This document shows, one piece after another, positions 45,565 through 55,181 of a stretch of DNA of 64,000 nt. Position numbers and translations under genes: made by a program. Origin of the DNA: an uncultured Candidatus Saccharibacteria bacterium (lineage in GTDB: Bacteria > Patescibacteriota > Minisyncoccia > Phycocordibacterales > UBA9973); the NCBI GenBank assembly GCA_964596395.1, contig CAZQSY010000002.1:34339-98338 (forward strand), read 5' to 3'. The stretch's first letter is position 1, and each line of letters opens with the position of its first letter. The notes beneath the pieces were generated by a model. That model was not told where the DNA came from. It ran no database searches and saw only the letters and a list, made by a program, of their open reading frames with translations.

Positions 45565-46845
45565 CTATTTTATGAAGTTTTTGCCCCGTGCCTTTTTGTG
45601 GTAGGCGATCGCGAAGCGATGCGCCTCGCTGTTAGCCAATAAAATCTCTTTTTTATACTTCTCTGCCAATTTCCTGTCGCCTAAAATTTCTTTTGGCTGA
45701 TGTCTCTCGTCTTTCAGAACCGAAACTACATCAATATCCAGGTTGAATTTTGATATTACTCCACGCGCGGCATTTAACTGGGCGGTCCCGCCGTCCGTAA
45801 CCATCAAGTCAGGAAATTTCCACTCTGCGTGCGCAAAACGGCGCGAAAGAACTTCCGCGAGCGCGCCGGTGTCGTTAGAATTTTCTTGCGTTCTTATCTT
45901 GAATTTCCTGTATTCATTTTTCGCAACTTCCCCTTCTTCTACGACAACCATAACCCCGACCATGCTTTTACCGTTCATGTGAGCGATATCGTAGGCCTCT
46001 ATCCTCTTAATTCCGGCTCGAGTGCTTCCGGACTCACCACGAAAATTTTCTGCTAAAAATTTTCTCTGTCCGTCGCCGTCGCTCCTACCAAGGGTTCGCT
46101 CGTAAGCACCCGAGCCTCTATTATTAAGTAGAGCCACATCGTTTATGTGCCTCAAAGAGAATATCTGTTTTTTTATTTCCCCTGCCCGCTCGAAATCTTG
46201 GGCCTTGGCTGATTTTTTCATTTGCTTCTCAAGGTTCTCGAGAACTTTTTTCTTTTTGCCTTCAAAAAACAAAACCAAGTTTTTTAAATTTTCTTTGTAT
46301 ACTTTTATGCCGTCAGGAAAAGAAACATCGGGCACCAGACCTATTTGTCTGTAAAACGTGTAAACATTCAGAGATTTTGCGTCAAGGAAAGGAAATACCG
46401 GCCGAATAATTTTAAGCGCCAGTCTAAGGTCTCCCCCGCTGGGATACGGCCCGAAAACTTTTTTGAATGCGTGGTGCCTGATGTCTTTTCCCCGTACAAC
46501 TAAAACTTGGGGAATTTTTTCCGAGGTTATGCCGACATGATTAAAGCTGGTGTCTGATTTTTCTTTTGTATTGTATTTGGGCTGGTGTTTTTTTATGAGT
46601 TCCGCTTCAAGAATTAGCGCTTCGAGCACGCTGTCGGTCTTCTGCCAAGAAATCTTGTCTGCCTTTGAAATTAAATCAACTAAAATCGGTCCGCGGGTTT
46701 CTATCAAATCTTTGCCGAAATAACTTTTAATTCTGTCTTTGAGAGATGTGGCCTTGCCTACGTATAAAATTTCTTTTCCCTTCTTGAAAAAGTACACGCC
46801 CGGCGTGTCTGGAATTTTCAATTTCTTGAATTCCTCTGATTTCAT
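45565..46845 (-). CDS. uvrC: excinuclease ABC subunit C (short form, 426 aa)
   Basis: N-terminal GIY-YIG (GVYFFKKGKEILYVGKA...E) plus RNase-H-like endonuclease domain; no C-terminal HhH. Confidence 0.8.
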   Translation of the reverse strand: MKSEEFKKLKIPDTPGVYFFKKGKEILYVGKATSLKDRIKSYFGKDLIETRGPILVDLISKADKISWQKTDSVLEALILEAELIKKHQPKYNTKEKSDTSFNHVGITSEKIPQVLVVRGKDIRHHAFKKVFGPYPSGGDLRLALKIIRPVFPFLDAKSLNVYTFYRQIGLVPDVSFPDGIKVYKENLKNLVLFFEGKKKKVLENLEKQMKKSAKAQDFERAGEIKKQIFSLRHINDVALLNNRGSGAYERTLGRSDGDGQRKFLAENFRGESGSTRAGIKRIEAYDIAHMNGKSMVGVMVVVEEGEVAKNEYRKFKIRTQENSNDTGALAEVLSRRFAHAEWKFPDLMVTDGGTAQLNAARGVISKFNLDIDVVSVLKDERHQPKEILGDRKLAEKYKKEILLANSEAHRFAIAYHKKARGKNFIK

Positions 46846-49490
46846 TTTTTCAAGACCCTTTTTAGGTATTTCCCAGTATAACTCTTCGCGTTGCTCGCCA
46901 CATTTTCCGGCGTACCTTTTGCTACCAAGTTGCCGCCGGCTACTCCCCCCTCCGGCCCAAAATCAATTACGCTGTCGGCGTTTTTTACGACGTCCAGATT
47001 GTGTTCTATCAGCACCACTGTATTCCCTTTTGAAACAAGCTGATTCAAAACCTCAAGCAGTTTGGCAACATCGTCGTAATGAAGCCCCACGGTGGGCTCG
47101 TCTAAGAGATAAATTGTTTTTTCGTAATGCGGCCGGAAGAGTTCACTCGAGATTTTTACCCGCTGCGCTTCGCCGCCCGAGAGTGTGGTGGCTGGCTGGC
47201 CGAGCTCTAGATACCCGAGCCCCACCCCCATTAGAGTAGAAAGCCGGTCGTAAATGGCTGGAATATCTTTAAAGAAAACAAGCCCTTCTTCGACGGTCAT
47301 TTTTAAAACCTCGTAAATGTTTTTCTTTTTATATTTTACGGTCAAGGTCTCTTTGTCAAAGCGCTTACCTAAACACACGTCGCAGGTTACGTACACCGTG
47401 GGCAAGAAATGCATTTCTACCGCGATTTCGCCGTTGCCCTCGCAAGCCTCGCAGCGCCCGCCTTTTACGTTAAAAGAAAAGCGGTTTGCCTTCCATCCGC
47501 GCACGCGAGCGTCTTCGGTCGTTGCGAATAAATCCCTGATATGTGTAAAGGCGCCGGTATAGGTCGCCAAATTCGAGCGCGGCGTGCGACCGATGGGCGA
47601 CTGGTCGATTAAGACCACACGGGATAAATATTCGGCGCCGGAAAAAGATGAGCAGTTAAAAACTTCATTCGAACGATACCTTCTCTCGTAGCGGGCTTGC
47701 AAATTTTTGTACAGAATCTCGTACATGAAAGAACTCTTACCCGAGCCGGATACACCCGTAATCACGTTCATTACCCCCAGAGGCACTTCGACATTCAGAT
47801 TTTTGATATTGAAAACCTTCCCGCCGGCAATGCGCAGCGCGCCTTTGCCCTCGCGCCGTTTTTTGGGAACTGGGATTTTTGTTTCTCCGCGCAGGTACGA
47901 AAGAGTCCTAGAGCCACTTTGGTTCTTTTTGGCTGTTAATAATTCATCCAACCAGCCAGATGCGACGATTTTTCCCCCATGTACTCCGGCTTGGGGGCCA
48001 ATATCCACAATATAATCAGAGGCGTAAATAGTATCTTCGTCGTGCTCTACCACCAAAATAGTGTTGCCCAAATCGCGGAGGTCTTTCAGTGTTTTTATCA
48101 GCCGGTCGTTATCTCGCTGGTGAAGCCCAATAGTCGGTTCATCAAGTACGTACAAAGCGCCCACTAAGCGCGAACCGAGCTGCGAAGCCAGCCGTATGCG
48201 CTGGGCCTCGCCACCGGATAAGGTGTTGGCCTTGCGGGAAAGCTGCAGATAATCCAAGCCGACATCGAGCATGAATTTGAGCCGGGCTTCTATCTCGCGC
48301 GTGACCGGCAGAGAAATTTCCTTTTCTTGTTCAGAAAGTTTCAAAGTCCTGAAAAACTCTGCCGCATCTTTTATGGAAAGCGAAGAAAGCTCCAAAATAT
48401 TTTTTCTTTCTTCGCCGGAGTTTACAAAAACATGCAGGGCCTCTCGGCGAAGCCGAGCACCAAGGCATACCTCGCACGGCTCTTCGCCCATGTAATGTTT
48501 CGTGCCCAGACCGTTGCATTCGGGGCACGCGCCGTACGGGGAATTGAAAGAAAAAAGCCGCGGCTCGACTTCGGGAAAAGAAAAACCGTCGTTCTTGCAG
48601 GCGAATTTTGCAGAAAGCAGAAATTCAGAATCCACACCCCCTCCTTTTTCCTCCCCCTTATTAAGGGGGAGGCCGGGTGGGGGTTCTATTTTAACCGTTA
48701 CCAAACCGTCAGACTCCAAAAGCGCTCTCTCCAGCGCTTCGGCCAACCTCGCCCGGCTTTCTTCCTTGTTATCAAAAAATTCATGCGCGGAAAATTTATC
48801 TATCAATATATCTATGTCGTGCGCCTTGTTTTTGGAAAGAACAATCTGCTCCCGCAGTTTTTTAATATTCCCGTCTACGCGAACTTCCGAAAAACCTTTG
48901 CCGAGCAAGTCATACAAAAGCTGGTAATACTCCCCTTTTCGCCCACGCACTACCGGAGAAAAAATCAGAACTTTGGTTGTGTCAAAGGGCACCTTTGACA
49001 CTTTCCCACTCTTTGCTTTATTTAGATTTTTTATCTTCTCCAGAACAAAATTCAAAATCTCTTCATTAGAGAGTTTCTTGATTTCCTCGCCACACAGAGG
49101 ACAGTGCGGGTGGCCGATGCGCGCGTACATCACGCGCAGATAGTCGTAAATCTCGGTAATAGTGGCTACCGTGGAACGAGGATTGTTCGAGCGCGATTTT
49201 TGGTCAATTGAAATAGCCGGCGAAAGCCCGGAAATCTCATCAACGTCGGGCTTGGGCATTTGGTTTAAAAACTGCCGCGCGTACGAAGAAAGCGATTCAA
49301 CGTACCGCCTCTGCCCTTCGGCAAAAATCGTGTCAAAAGCAAGCGACGACTTACCACTCCCCGAAACGCCGGTAATCACCACCATACTATTGCGCGGCAT
49401 TTCGACGTTTATATTCTTAAGGTTATGTGTCCTCGCGCCTTTAATCACTATCTTGCTTTCTTCTTTTGATTTTTCGTTTCCTTTTATCAT
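46842..49490 (-). CDS. uvrA: excinuclease ABC subunit A, with an in-frame insertion
   Basis: two ABC ATPase modules (GVSGSGKSS twice) and zinc fingers; inserted loop [17 protein letters not shown]. Confidence 0.95.
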   Translation of the reverse strand: MIKGNEKSKEESKIVIKGARTHNLKNINVEMPRNSMVVITGVSGSGKSSLAFDTIFAEGQRRYVESLSSYARQFLNQMPKPDVDEISGLSPAISIDQKSRSNNPRSTVATITEIYDYLRVMYARIGHPHCPLCGEEIKKLSNEEILNFVLEKIKNLNKAKSGKVSKVPFDTTKVLIFSPVVRGRKGEYYQLLYDLLGKGFSEVRVDGNIKKLREQIVLSKNKAHDIDILIDKFSAHEFFDNKEESRARLAEALERALLESDGLVTVKIEPPPGLPLNKGEEKGGGVDSEFLLSAKFACKNDGFSFPEVEPRLFSFNSPYGACPECNGLGTKHYMGEEPCEVCLGARLRREALHVFVNSGEERKNILELSSLSIKDAAEFFRTLKLSEQEKEISLPVTREIEARLKFMLDVGLDYLQLSRKANTLSGGEAQRIRLASQLGSRLVGALYVLDEPTIGLHQRDNDRLIKTLKDLRDLGNTILVVEHDEDTIYASDYIVDIGPQAGVHGGKIVASGWLDELLTAKKNQSGSRTLSYLRGETKIPVPKKRREGKGALRIAGGKVFNIKNLNVEVPLGVMNVITGVSGSGKSSFMYEILYKNLQARYERRYRSNEVFNCSSFSGAEYLSRVVLIDQSPIGRTPRSNLATYTGAFTHIRDLFATTEDARVRGWKANRFSFNVKGGRCEACEGNGEIAVEMHFLPTVYVTCDVCLGKRFDKETLTVKYKKKNIYEVLKMTVEEGLVFFKDIPAIYDRLSTLMGVGLGYLELGQPATTLSGGEAQRVKISSELFRPHYEKTIYLLDEPTVGLHYDDVAKLLEVLNQLVSKGNTVVLIEHNLDVVKNADSVIDFGPEGGVAGGNLVAKGTPENVASNAKSYTGKYLKRVLKK
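48635..48695. repeat. GC-rich palindromic element inserted in-frame in uvrA
   Basis: ACACCCCCTCCTTTTTCCTCCCCCTTATTAAGGGGGAGGCCGGGTGGGGGT; shares a CCCCTTAT(C/T)AAGG.G.GGGAGG core with the fpg and rluD elements. Confidence 0.7.
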
Positions 49491-49563
49491 AAACGAGAAC
49501 TACCCCGCCATTACTCGTAGGGGGTATATACGAATACTACAATAGATGAATTAAAATTCAAAA

Positions 49564-51876
49564 CTAAATTTTTGCTTTATTTTTCAGTACAATTATCTCA
49601 TCTCTCAGTATAGCGGCAGTCTCAAAATCCAGCTCTTTCACCGCGCGGTTCATTTCACGCTCTTTTATTTTAATTATTTTCTCGTAAACTACTTTATTGC
49701 GCTCTTCATCAGAGAGCATCATGTTCTTTATCGTGTCTGATTCATTCTTCCCCTTCCCTTTTTTATCTTTAGCAAAGGCCTTTTTGAAAAGTTCTAGGTC
49801 GAGTGTGAGCTCGACGCTGACGGCCTTCCTGTGCTCGCTCTCTAGCTCTTCGGTAATGTCTTTGATGTTCTTGGAAATTGTCTTCGGCGTGATGCCGTGC
49901 TTTTTATTGTACGCAAGCTGGATGTTCCGGCGGCGGGTGGTTTCTTTTATGGCGTTCTCGAGCGAGCCGGTAGGATGGTCGGCGTAAAGAATCACTCTGC
50001 CTTCGGCATTCCTGGCCGCCCGGCCGATAATTTGAATGAGCGATGTTTCGGAACGAAGAAATCCTTCTTTATCGGCGTCTAACACGCCAATAAGCGCGAC
50101 TTCGGGCAAATCCAAACCCTCGCGCAAAAGATTCACGCCCACCAGAATATCAAAATCCCCTCGGCGAAACTTGGTAAGGATTTTTATGCGGTCTATGGTT
50201 TTGATATCGCTATGCAAATATTCGGCTTTGATGTTTTTTTCTTTCAAATACGCGGAAAGGTCTTCGGCCATGCGCTTGGTGAGCGTAGTGGCTAGCACAC
50301 GGAAACCTTTTTTAACCGTCTTTTCAGCTTCGGCTATGAAATCCTGAACCTGCCCGCCATAGCCTTCGGCATCAGGCGATGGCGGGCGGGCCTGGCCATG
50401 GTAACTTTTGCCAGCTCGCGAGAATTCTTCTTTTCCGTGAGCTGTAACCGGCCTTACAAAAATTTCAGGGTCTACCAGGCCGGTGGGGCGAATGATTTGC
50501 TCGACAATTTGTTCGCTTTGTTCTCTCTCTTCCCGTCCTGGCGTGGCGCTGGTATAAATCACCGGGCCAATTCTATTTTCAAATTCTTCGTATTTGAGCG
50601 GGCGGTTGTCTTTGGCGCTGGGCAGGCGAAAACCGTATTCAACCAAAGTTTTTTTGCGCGAAGCGTCGCCCGCGTACATACCCTGAAGCTGTGGCAAGGT
50701 CACATGTGATTCGTCGATTATGGTAAGGAAATCAGGAAAGTGCTTCTTCAAACGGTCTGGTTGAGACTGCCCTTTTAGAAACTTCTGCGCAGGCGACCCG
50801 AGGACCTGAGAAAGAGTACGTTCCTGATTTCCTATTTTTGGAAAATACGAAAGCAAGGTTTCAGGCGGTTCACCTTCTTTCTTGCCAGAGAGATGCCTAG
50901 AATAGTTTTCAATGCCGCTGCAATACCCGACTTCTTTGAGCATCGCTAGGTCATAAGTCGTCCTTCTTTTAATTCTCTCGGCTTCAAGAAGTTTTCCCTC
51001 TTTCTTAAACTTTTTAAGCTGTTCATTCATTTCCCGCCGTATACTTGTAACCGCCCGCTTTAGTTTGTCTTCTTCGGTGATGAAATGCTTCGCCGGAAAA
51101 ATGAAAATTTGTTTTTCATCCCTCATGACCTTCGAGGAAACGGGGTCGATGGCCTGGATTTTTTGAATCGCTCCGCCTGAAATTTCAACTTGATACATAA
51201 ATGTCTCGGAAATCGGCATAATCTCGACGTTCGAACTGACCGAGCGAAAAGTCCCGGGCTCTAAATCGGCATTCGTGCGCTCAAAATATATTTCAACAAG
51301 CTTGCGCATCAAGGCAGACCTGTCTATTTTGTCGCCCACGGCCAGCTTTAAATTTACTTTTTCGTATTCTTCGGGCGAACCCAAGCCGTAAATGCAGGAT
51401 ACCGAAGCTACGATAATCACGTCGCGCCTGGAAAGAAGCGCCTGGGTCGATGCGTGTCGCAAGCGGTCAATTTCTTTGTTAATCTGCGCGTCTTTTTCTA
51501 TGTAGGTGTCGGTTACGGGCATGTACGCCTCGGGCTGGTAGTAGTCGTAGTAAGACACAAAGTAATGCACCGCCGCGTCGGGAAAAAAACCGCGGAACTC
51601 CGTTGCGAGCTGGGCGGCCAGCGTCTTGTTGTGGGCGATGACCAGCGCGGGCTTGTCATACTCGGCAATCACGTTCGCCATGGTAAAGGTCTTGCCTGTG
51701 GCCGTCGCGCCCAAGAGCGTTTGCTTCTGCATCCCTTTGCGCAGTCCCTTTAAGAGCTCGAAAATCGCCTTGGGCTGGTCGCCGGCCGGTTCAAAAGAGC
51801 TTTTTAAAATAAACGTTTTTGGTTCTTTCATGCGAAACGGGCTTTTCATAAAAAGCCGTTTGATACTATAATACAC
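49564..51876 (-). CDS. uvrB: excinuclease ABC subunit B, with a possible in-frame hairpin insertion
   Basis: helicase motifs, C-terminal UvrC-interaction motif DFETAAILRDEI; extra loop about 30 aa longer than typical UvrB. Confidence 0.95.
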   Translation of the reverse strand: MYYSIKRLFMKSPFRMKEPKTFILKSSFEPAGDQPKAIFELLKGLRKGMQKQTLLGATATGKTFTMANVIAEYDKPALVIAHNKTLAAQLATEFRGFFPDAAVHYFVSYYDYYQPEAYMPVTDTYIEKDAQINKEIDRLRHASTQALLSRRDVIIVASVSCIYGLGSPEEYEKVNLKLAVGDKIDRSALMRKLVEIYFERTNADLEPGTFRSVSSNVEIMPISETFMYQVEISGGAIQKIQAIDPVSSKVMRDEKQIFIFPAKHFITEEDKLKRAVTSIRREMNEQLKKFKKEGKLLEAERIKRRTTYDLAMLKEVGYCSGIENYSRHLSGKKEGEPPETLLSYFPKIGNQERTLSQVLGSPAQKFLKGQSQPDRLKKHFPDFLTIIDESHVTLPQLQGMYAGDASRKKTLVEYGFRLPSAKDNRPLKYEEFENRIGPVIYTSATPGREEREQSEQIVEQIIRPTGLVDPEIFVRPVTAHGKEEFSRAGKSYHGQARPPSPDAEGYGGQVQDFIAEAEKTVKKGFRVLATTLTKRMAEDLSAYLKEKNIKAEYLHSDIKTIDRIKILTKFRRGDFDILVGVNLLREGLDLPEVALIGVLDADKEGFLRSETSLIQIIGRAARNAEGRVILYADHPTGSLENAIKETTRRRNIQLAYNKKHGITPKTISKNIKDITEELESEHRKAVSVELTLDLELFKKAFAKDKKGKGKNESDTIKNMMLSDEERNKVVYEKIIKIKEREMNRAVKELDFETAAILRDEIIVLKNKAKI
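50349..50381. repeat. perfect 9-bp inverted repeat (GCCCGCCAT...ATGGCGGGC) inside uvrB, in-frame
   Basis: GCCCGCCATagccttcggcatcaggcgATGGCGGGC encoding part of the extra loop. Confidence 0.55.
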
Positions 51877-51880
51877 AAGT

Positions 51881-52417
51881 ATGGATAATTTGAAATCAAT
51901 TTTAATCTTGTTAATCCTTCTTGCCTTCGCGGCCGGAGTGGGTTACTGGGCGATTGTCTCACTGGAGCCGGGCAATATCGGGGCGGAAAGGCAAAAAAGA
52001 GAAGCGTTGGAATCGGAAAACGAAAAGCTTCGCGAAGAAATGGAAGAATTAAAAAAAGAGTTCGTTTCCCTTAAATCTGCCGAAGAAAAAGTGAAAGAAG
52101 AAGCGGCCGCAAGCGAAACTAGAATCGAAAGCGAACCGGCGGCCGCGGTAAGCAAATATCAGAACTTAATCAACCGTCTGCAGGAAATCACCGACAGTAA
52201 TATAACAATGAAAGAAAAATCAAAAGGCACCAGGGTGGGCACGGTGCAGGAGTTTTTAAATCTGTACAATGGAACCTCGAGCAGGATAGACAACGATTAC
52301 GGCAAAAGCACCAAGGCGGCCATAGCTGAGTTTCAGAAAAAAGAAGGGTTGACGGCCGACGGCGAAGCCGGGCCAGCCACCTTTAAGGCAATGATTGAAT
52401 GGTTGAAAGAACAGTAA
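51881..52417 (+). CDS. membrane-anchored coiled-coil protein with C-terminal peptidoglycan-binding domain
   Basis: N-terminal TM, Glu/Lys-rich coiled coil, C-terminal YGKSTKAAIAEFQKKEGLTADGEAGPATFKAM (PG_binding_1-like). Confidence 0.6.
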   Translation: MDNLKSILILLILLAFAAGVGYWAIVSLEPGNIGAERQKREALESENEKLREEMEELKKEFVSLKSAEEKVKEEAAASETRIESEPAAAVSKYQNLINRLQEITDSNITMKEKSKGTRVGTVQEFLNLYNGTSSRIDNDYGKSTKAAIAEFQKKEGLTADGEAGPATFKAMIEWLKEQ

Positions 52418-52497
52418 AACCTTGATTTTTGGCTCTTTTTCTTATATTATCTCAATCGTTCGCTTGAACATCCGCCCGTACCCAAAAACAAAATATC

Positions 52498-52570
52498 CGC
52501 CCGTAGCTCAGCTGGTAGAGCAGCTCCCTTTTAAGGAGAAGGTCCTCAGTTCGATCCTGAGCGGGCGGAC
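52498..52570 (+). tRNA. tRNA-Lys (TTT)
   Basis: CCGCCCGTAGCTCAGCTGGTAGAGC..., anticodon loop CTTTTAA, perfect acceptor stem. Confidence 0.85.
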
Positions 52571-52571
52571 A

Positions 52572-52745
52572 TGGAATCTAAGAATCCCTTTCTTTATGTT
52601 AAAGAAAAAAGCAAAAAAGTGCTTGAAAAAGGCAAGGCAGATAATTACCCTGAAGGAATAAAAGAACCTATTATTTGTAAAAATTGCGGCAAAAAAATTC
52701 GTACAACTCAACTAATTCACGATGTTTTTTGTACAGAAAATTAAA
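52572..52745 (+). CDS. possible small zinc-ribbon protein (57 aa)
   Basis: below the ORF-track cutoff; MESKNPF...ICKNCGKK...FCTEN contains a CxxC pair. Confidence 0.2.
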
Positions 52746-52868
52746 TGCAAGTGTGTATAATCCTCACGTTAGGTCTCGCCTAACACAAGAGGTAAAACCA
52801 GAACTAAAAATTCTATACCACTTCCAACAAAAACCTCTCAAGCTCACATTCGGTAATAAACCTCTCTT

Positions 52869-53852
52869 CTACTTTATTTTAAAATTCATTGGCTCTCCTA
52901 GATCCTCACATGCCTTCTCGGCACTAAGGCGTACGGCTCTTTTTATTAATTTCGCATCCCGAGTAAAGGCTACTATACCACAATCTGGCGGGTACATTAT
53001 TCCTATATTTACTTTCTTTTGTTTTTTTATATATTTTAAACCCTTCAAGAATCCTTCTCGGCCTTTTGTGAATTTTTCTACCAGGATGTTCAGCAGAGTT
53101 TCATTATACTTCTCAGAACCATGTTCGTTTTTGTAGGGAGTTTGAGGTAAAACTAAAATATCCGTCGGTTTAAATTTTTTAACAACCTCTTTTATCGGAA
53201 AAGGCGTCGCAAAAGTGCCGTCTTTATACTCTTTGCTTCCTAAAAGGACTTTTTTGCCATAGAAAAATGGGACGGCCATGGAAGCATGAATTGAAGTAAG
53301 TATTAAATTACGTTCTTGTTTTGCGTTGACTAATATATTTTCCCCGGTTTGAGTATCTACAACTTGTACATAAAAATCAGTAGGGTTTTTAATTATGGCT
53401 TTCGTATCTAATTTCTTTTTTCCAAAAGTGAAGGTTTTTACCAAATAGTCTATATCCATAATTTTCCTTGGGTGAGACAAGCTTAAAAATTTTTCCTTCG
53501 TGCATTCTTCATAGAAAATTGAGGTTCCAATTAATACCTGTCTTTTGCCGGCAAGAAAATAGGCCACGTCGCAGGCACCCGCCGACACACCAACGGCTGT
53601 CTGAAAAACTTTCAAATAACCAGAGTGGCAAAGAGAACATACCTGTCCCGCGCCATAACACCCAGCCATACCTCCCCCTAAAACAAGCAGTAACGGTCTT
53701 ATATTCTTTCCTTTCCCGTTTGGGTCATCTCTCTTTTTTCTTAAATTTAGTAAAACTTTATGTAAAATCTTTTGAGCTTTTAAGAAGCCCAAGTCTGATT
53801 CTGGTTTTTTTGTTGTGTCTGGTTTCAATCTCTCCATTATAATTAGTACCAC
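52869..53852 (-). CDS. patatin-like phospholipase
   Basis: GGGMAG oxyanion motif and GVSAG (GxSxG) nucleophile. Confidence 0.8.
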   Translation of the reverse strand: MVLIIMERLKPDTTKKPESDLGFLKAQKILHKVLLNLRKKRDDPNGKGKNIRPLLLVLGGGMAGCYGAGQVCSLCHSGYLKVFQTAVGVSAGACDVAYFLAGKRQVLIGTSIFYEECTKEKFLSLSHPRKIMDIDYLVKTFTFGKKKLDTKAIIKNPTDFYVQVVDTQTGENILVNAKQERNLILTSIHASMAVPFFYGKKVLLGSKEYKDGTFATPFPIKEVVKKFKPTDILVLPQTPYKNEHGSEKYNETLLNILVEKFTKGREGFLKGLKYIKKQKKVNIGIMYPPDCGIVAFTRDAKLIKRAVRLSAEKACEDLGEPMNFKIK

Positions 53853-53863
53853 CTGTAAAAATC

Positions 53864-54532
53864 TTAGACAGCTTCAAGCAAAAACCTTTCAAGCTCACAC
53901 TCAGCATCTAAGCCTTCTTTACGAGCTTTAGGGAGAAGATATGAAAGATGGGCGGCGAAGGTTTTGAGTTCCGGCTCGGAAAACTTGCCATAATTATTTT
54001 TCAAGAGCATGTCTTTGGCTTTCCAGAATAAAACACCCACTAATTCCTCAAGCCCCACACCCAAATCTACCGCTTTGCGGTAATGCATCCAAAGGCCGAG
54101 CTTGTCACGCTTGGCGAAGGCCCAAGCCAGAAGAAAGTTGTCGTATTTTTCGTGTTTTTCTTTCGGCAGGTCGAAATTTTGTATGTCGGCTCCGGCTTTT
54201 TTGAATTCTTCCAGCACCGACTTTGGGAGCTTCGTTTCTAAGAAAACAAAAAGGTTTTGGGATTCGGCTAATAGCGAAAGCTTTTCTAAGACAAAATCTA
54301 GTATGTCTTCCCTTTCAAAGACGTTTGTTAAAACCACTACGCACTTTTCAAAAAAAAGGCCGGAGCCGGAGTAGAAACTTTCAATCTGCGCCGCGCTGAA
54401 ATCATTTTTCCCGACAAAAAACCGCTCCCTGCCTGCCGGCGAGGCAGGGGTTTTAACTGGCACCGATTTCATGAATTTTCCATAAGCTAAATGCTTACTC
54501 TTAGCATCGTCTCCAGAGAAAAGGTAAATCAT
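53864..54532 (-). CDS. holA: DNA polymerase III delta subunit-like (short, 222 aa)
   Basis: MIYLFSGDD N-terminus and overall pattern resemble HolA; much shorter than canonical. Confidence 0.4.
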   Translation of the reverse strand: MIYLFSGDDAKSKHLAYGKFMKSVPVKTPASPAGRERFFVGKNDFSAAQIESFYSGSGLFFEKCVVVLTNVFEREDILDFVLEKLSLLAESQNLFVFLETKLPKSVLEEFKKAGADIQNFDLPKEKHEKYDNFLLAWAFAKRDKLGLWMHYRKAVDLGVGLEELVGVLFWKAKDMLLKNNYGKFSEPELKTFAAHLSYLLPKARKEGLDAECELERFLLEAV

Positions 54533-54671
54533 GATATTTTGGCTTTGCGAAATTTGTCGCAGGCGTACTTTTTAGAAGGCCTTGGGAGGAGCGACGGCGA
54601 CGGACAGAGAAAATTTTTAGCAAAAAATTTTCGTGCCTGATAAAAAGTATGCCAAGAAAGAATTTCGCAAG

Positions 54672-55175
54672 TCATAGTTTGACTGATTTTTTGTATTCCA
54701 GGTACGGCTCGCCGTATTTTTCGGCCAGGATTTTCTCTTCTTTACGTATAAAGGTAAACCGGGTAATCAGAAACGATATTATAGAGACAACGAAAATGAA
54801 GGCAGAATTAATCATTATTCCAAAGCCGAGAAGAGCGGCGAAAATCCCGAAATTGGTCGGCCCGCGGGTATACCGGTATGGCCCCTGGAAAAATGCTTCT
54901 TTGGTTATGCCGTCCTTCTTTAATTTATGCGAAGTAACCTGTGCCCAAGCTATGAGCAACGTGCCGGCAAATATCAATGCTGTCCCCAGCACGGGATACG
55001 CTTTGCCAAAAATTTTGAGCGGAAAGGCAAAGTCGAGCAGGAACGCGAACAGAAAAGCGAAAAAATAAAAAAGGTAAGAATGCGCCAGAACTTTGTGCAC
55101 CCTGTTCTTATGGGGGCTGGTTTCTTCTATACGCGCCGCAATATTATCTTCCGGCATCCTTGAATTGTAGCACAC
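54672..55175 (-). CDS. isoprenylcysteine carboxyl methyltransferase (ICMT)-family membrane methyltransferase
   Basis: GPYRYTRGPTNFG motif in a polytopic membrane protein. Confidence 0.7.
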   Translation of the reverse strand: MCYNSRMPEDNIAARIEETSPHKNRVHKVLAHSYLFYFFAFLFAFLLDFAFPLKIFGKAYPVLGTALIFAGTLLIAWAQVTSHKLKKDGITKEAFFQGPYRYTRGPTNFGIFAALLGFGIMINSAFIFVVSIISFLITRFTFIRKEEKILAEKYGEPYLEYKKSVKL

Positions 55176-55181
55176 AAACGG

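Noticed and set aside
52498-52570. Possible ochre-suppressor tRNA (anticodon TTA)
   Set aside because: On recounting the 7-nt anticodon loop CTTTTAA, positions 34-36 are TTT, so this is an ordinary tRNA-Lys.
52422-52711. ORFs 52422..52661 (+) and 52508..52711 (-)
   Set aside because: They overlap tRNA-Lys and are low-complexity (poly-Lys). They are spurious.
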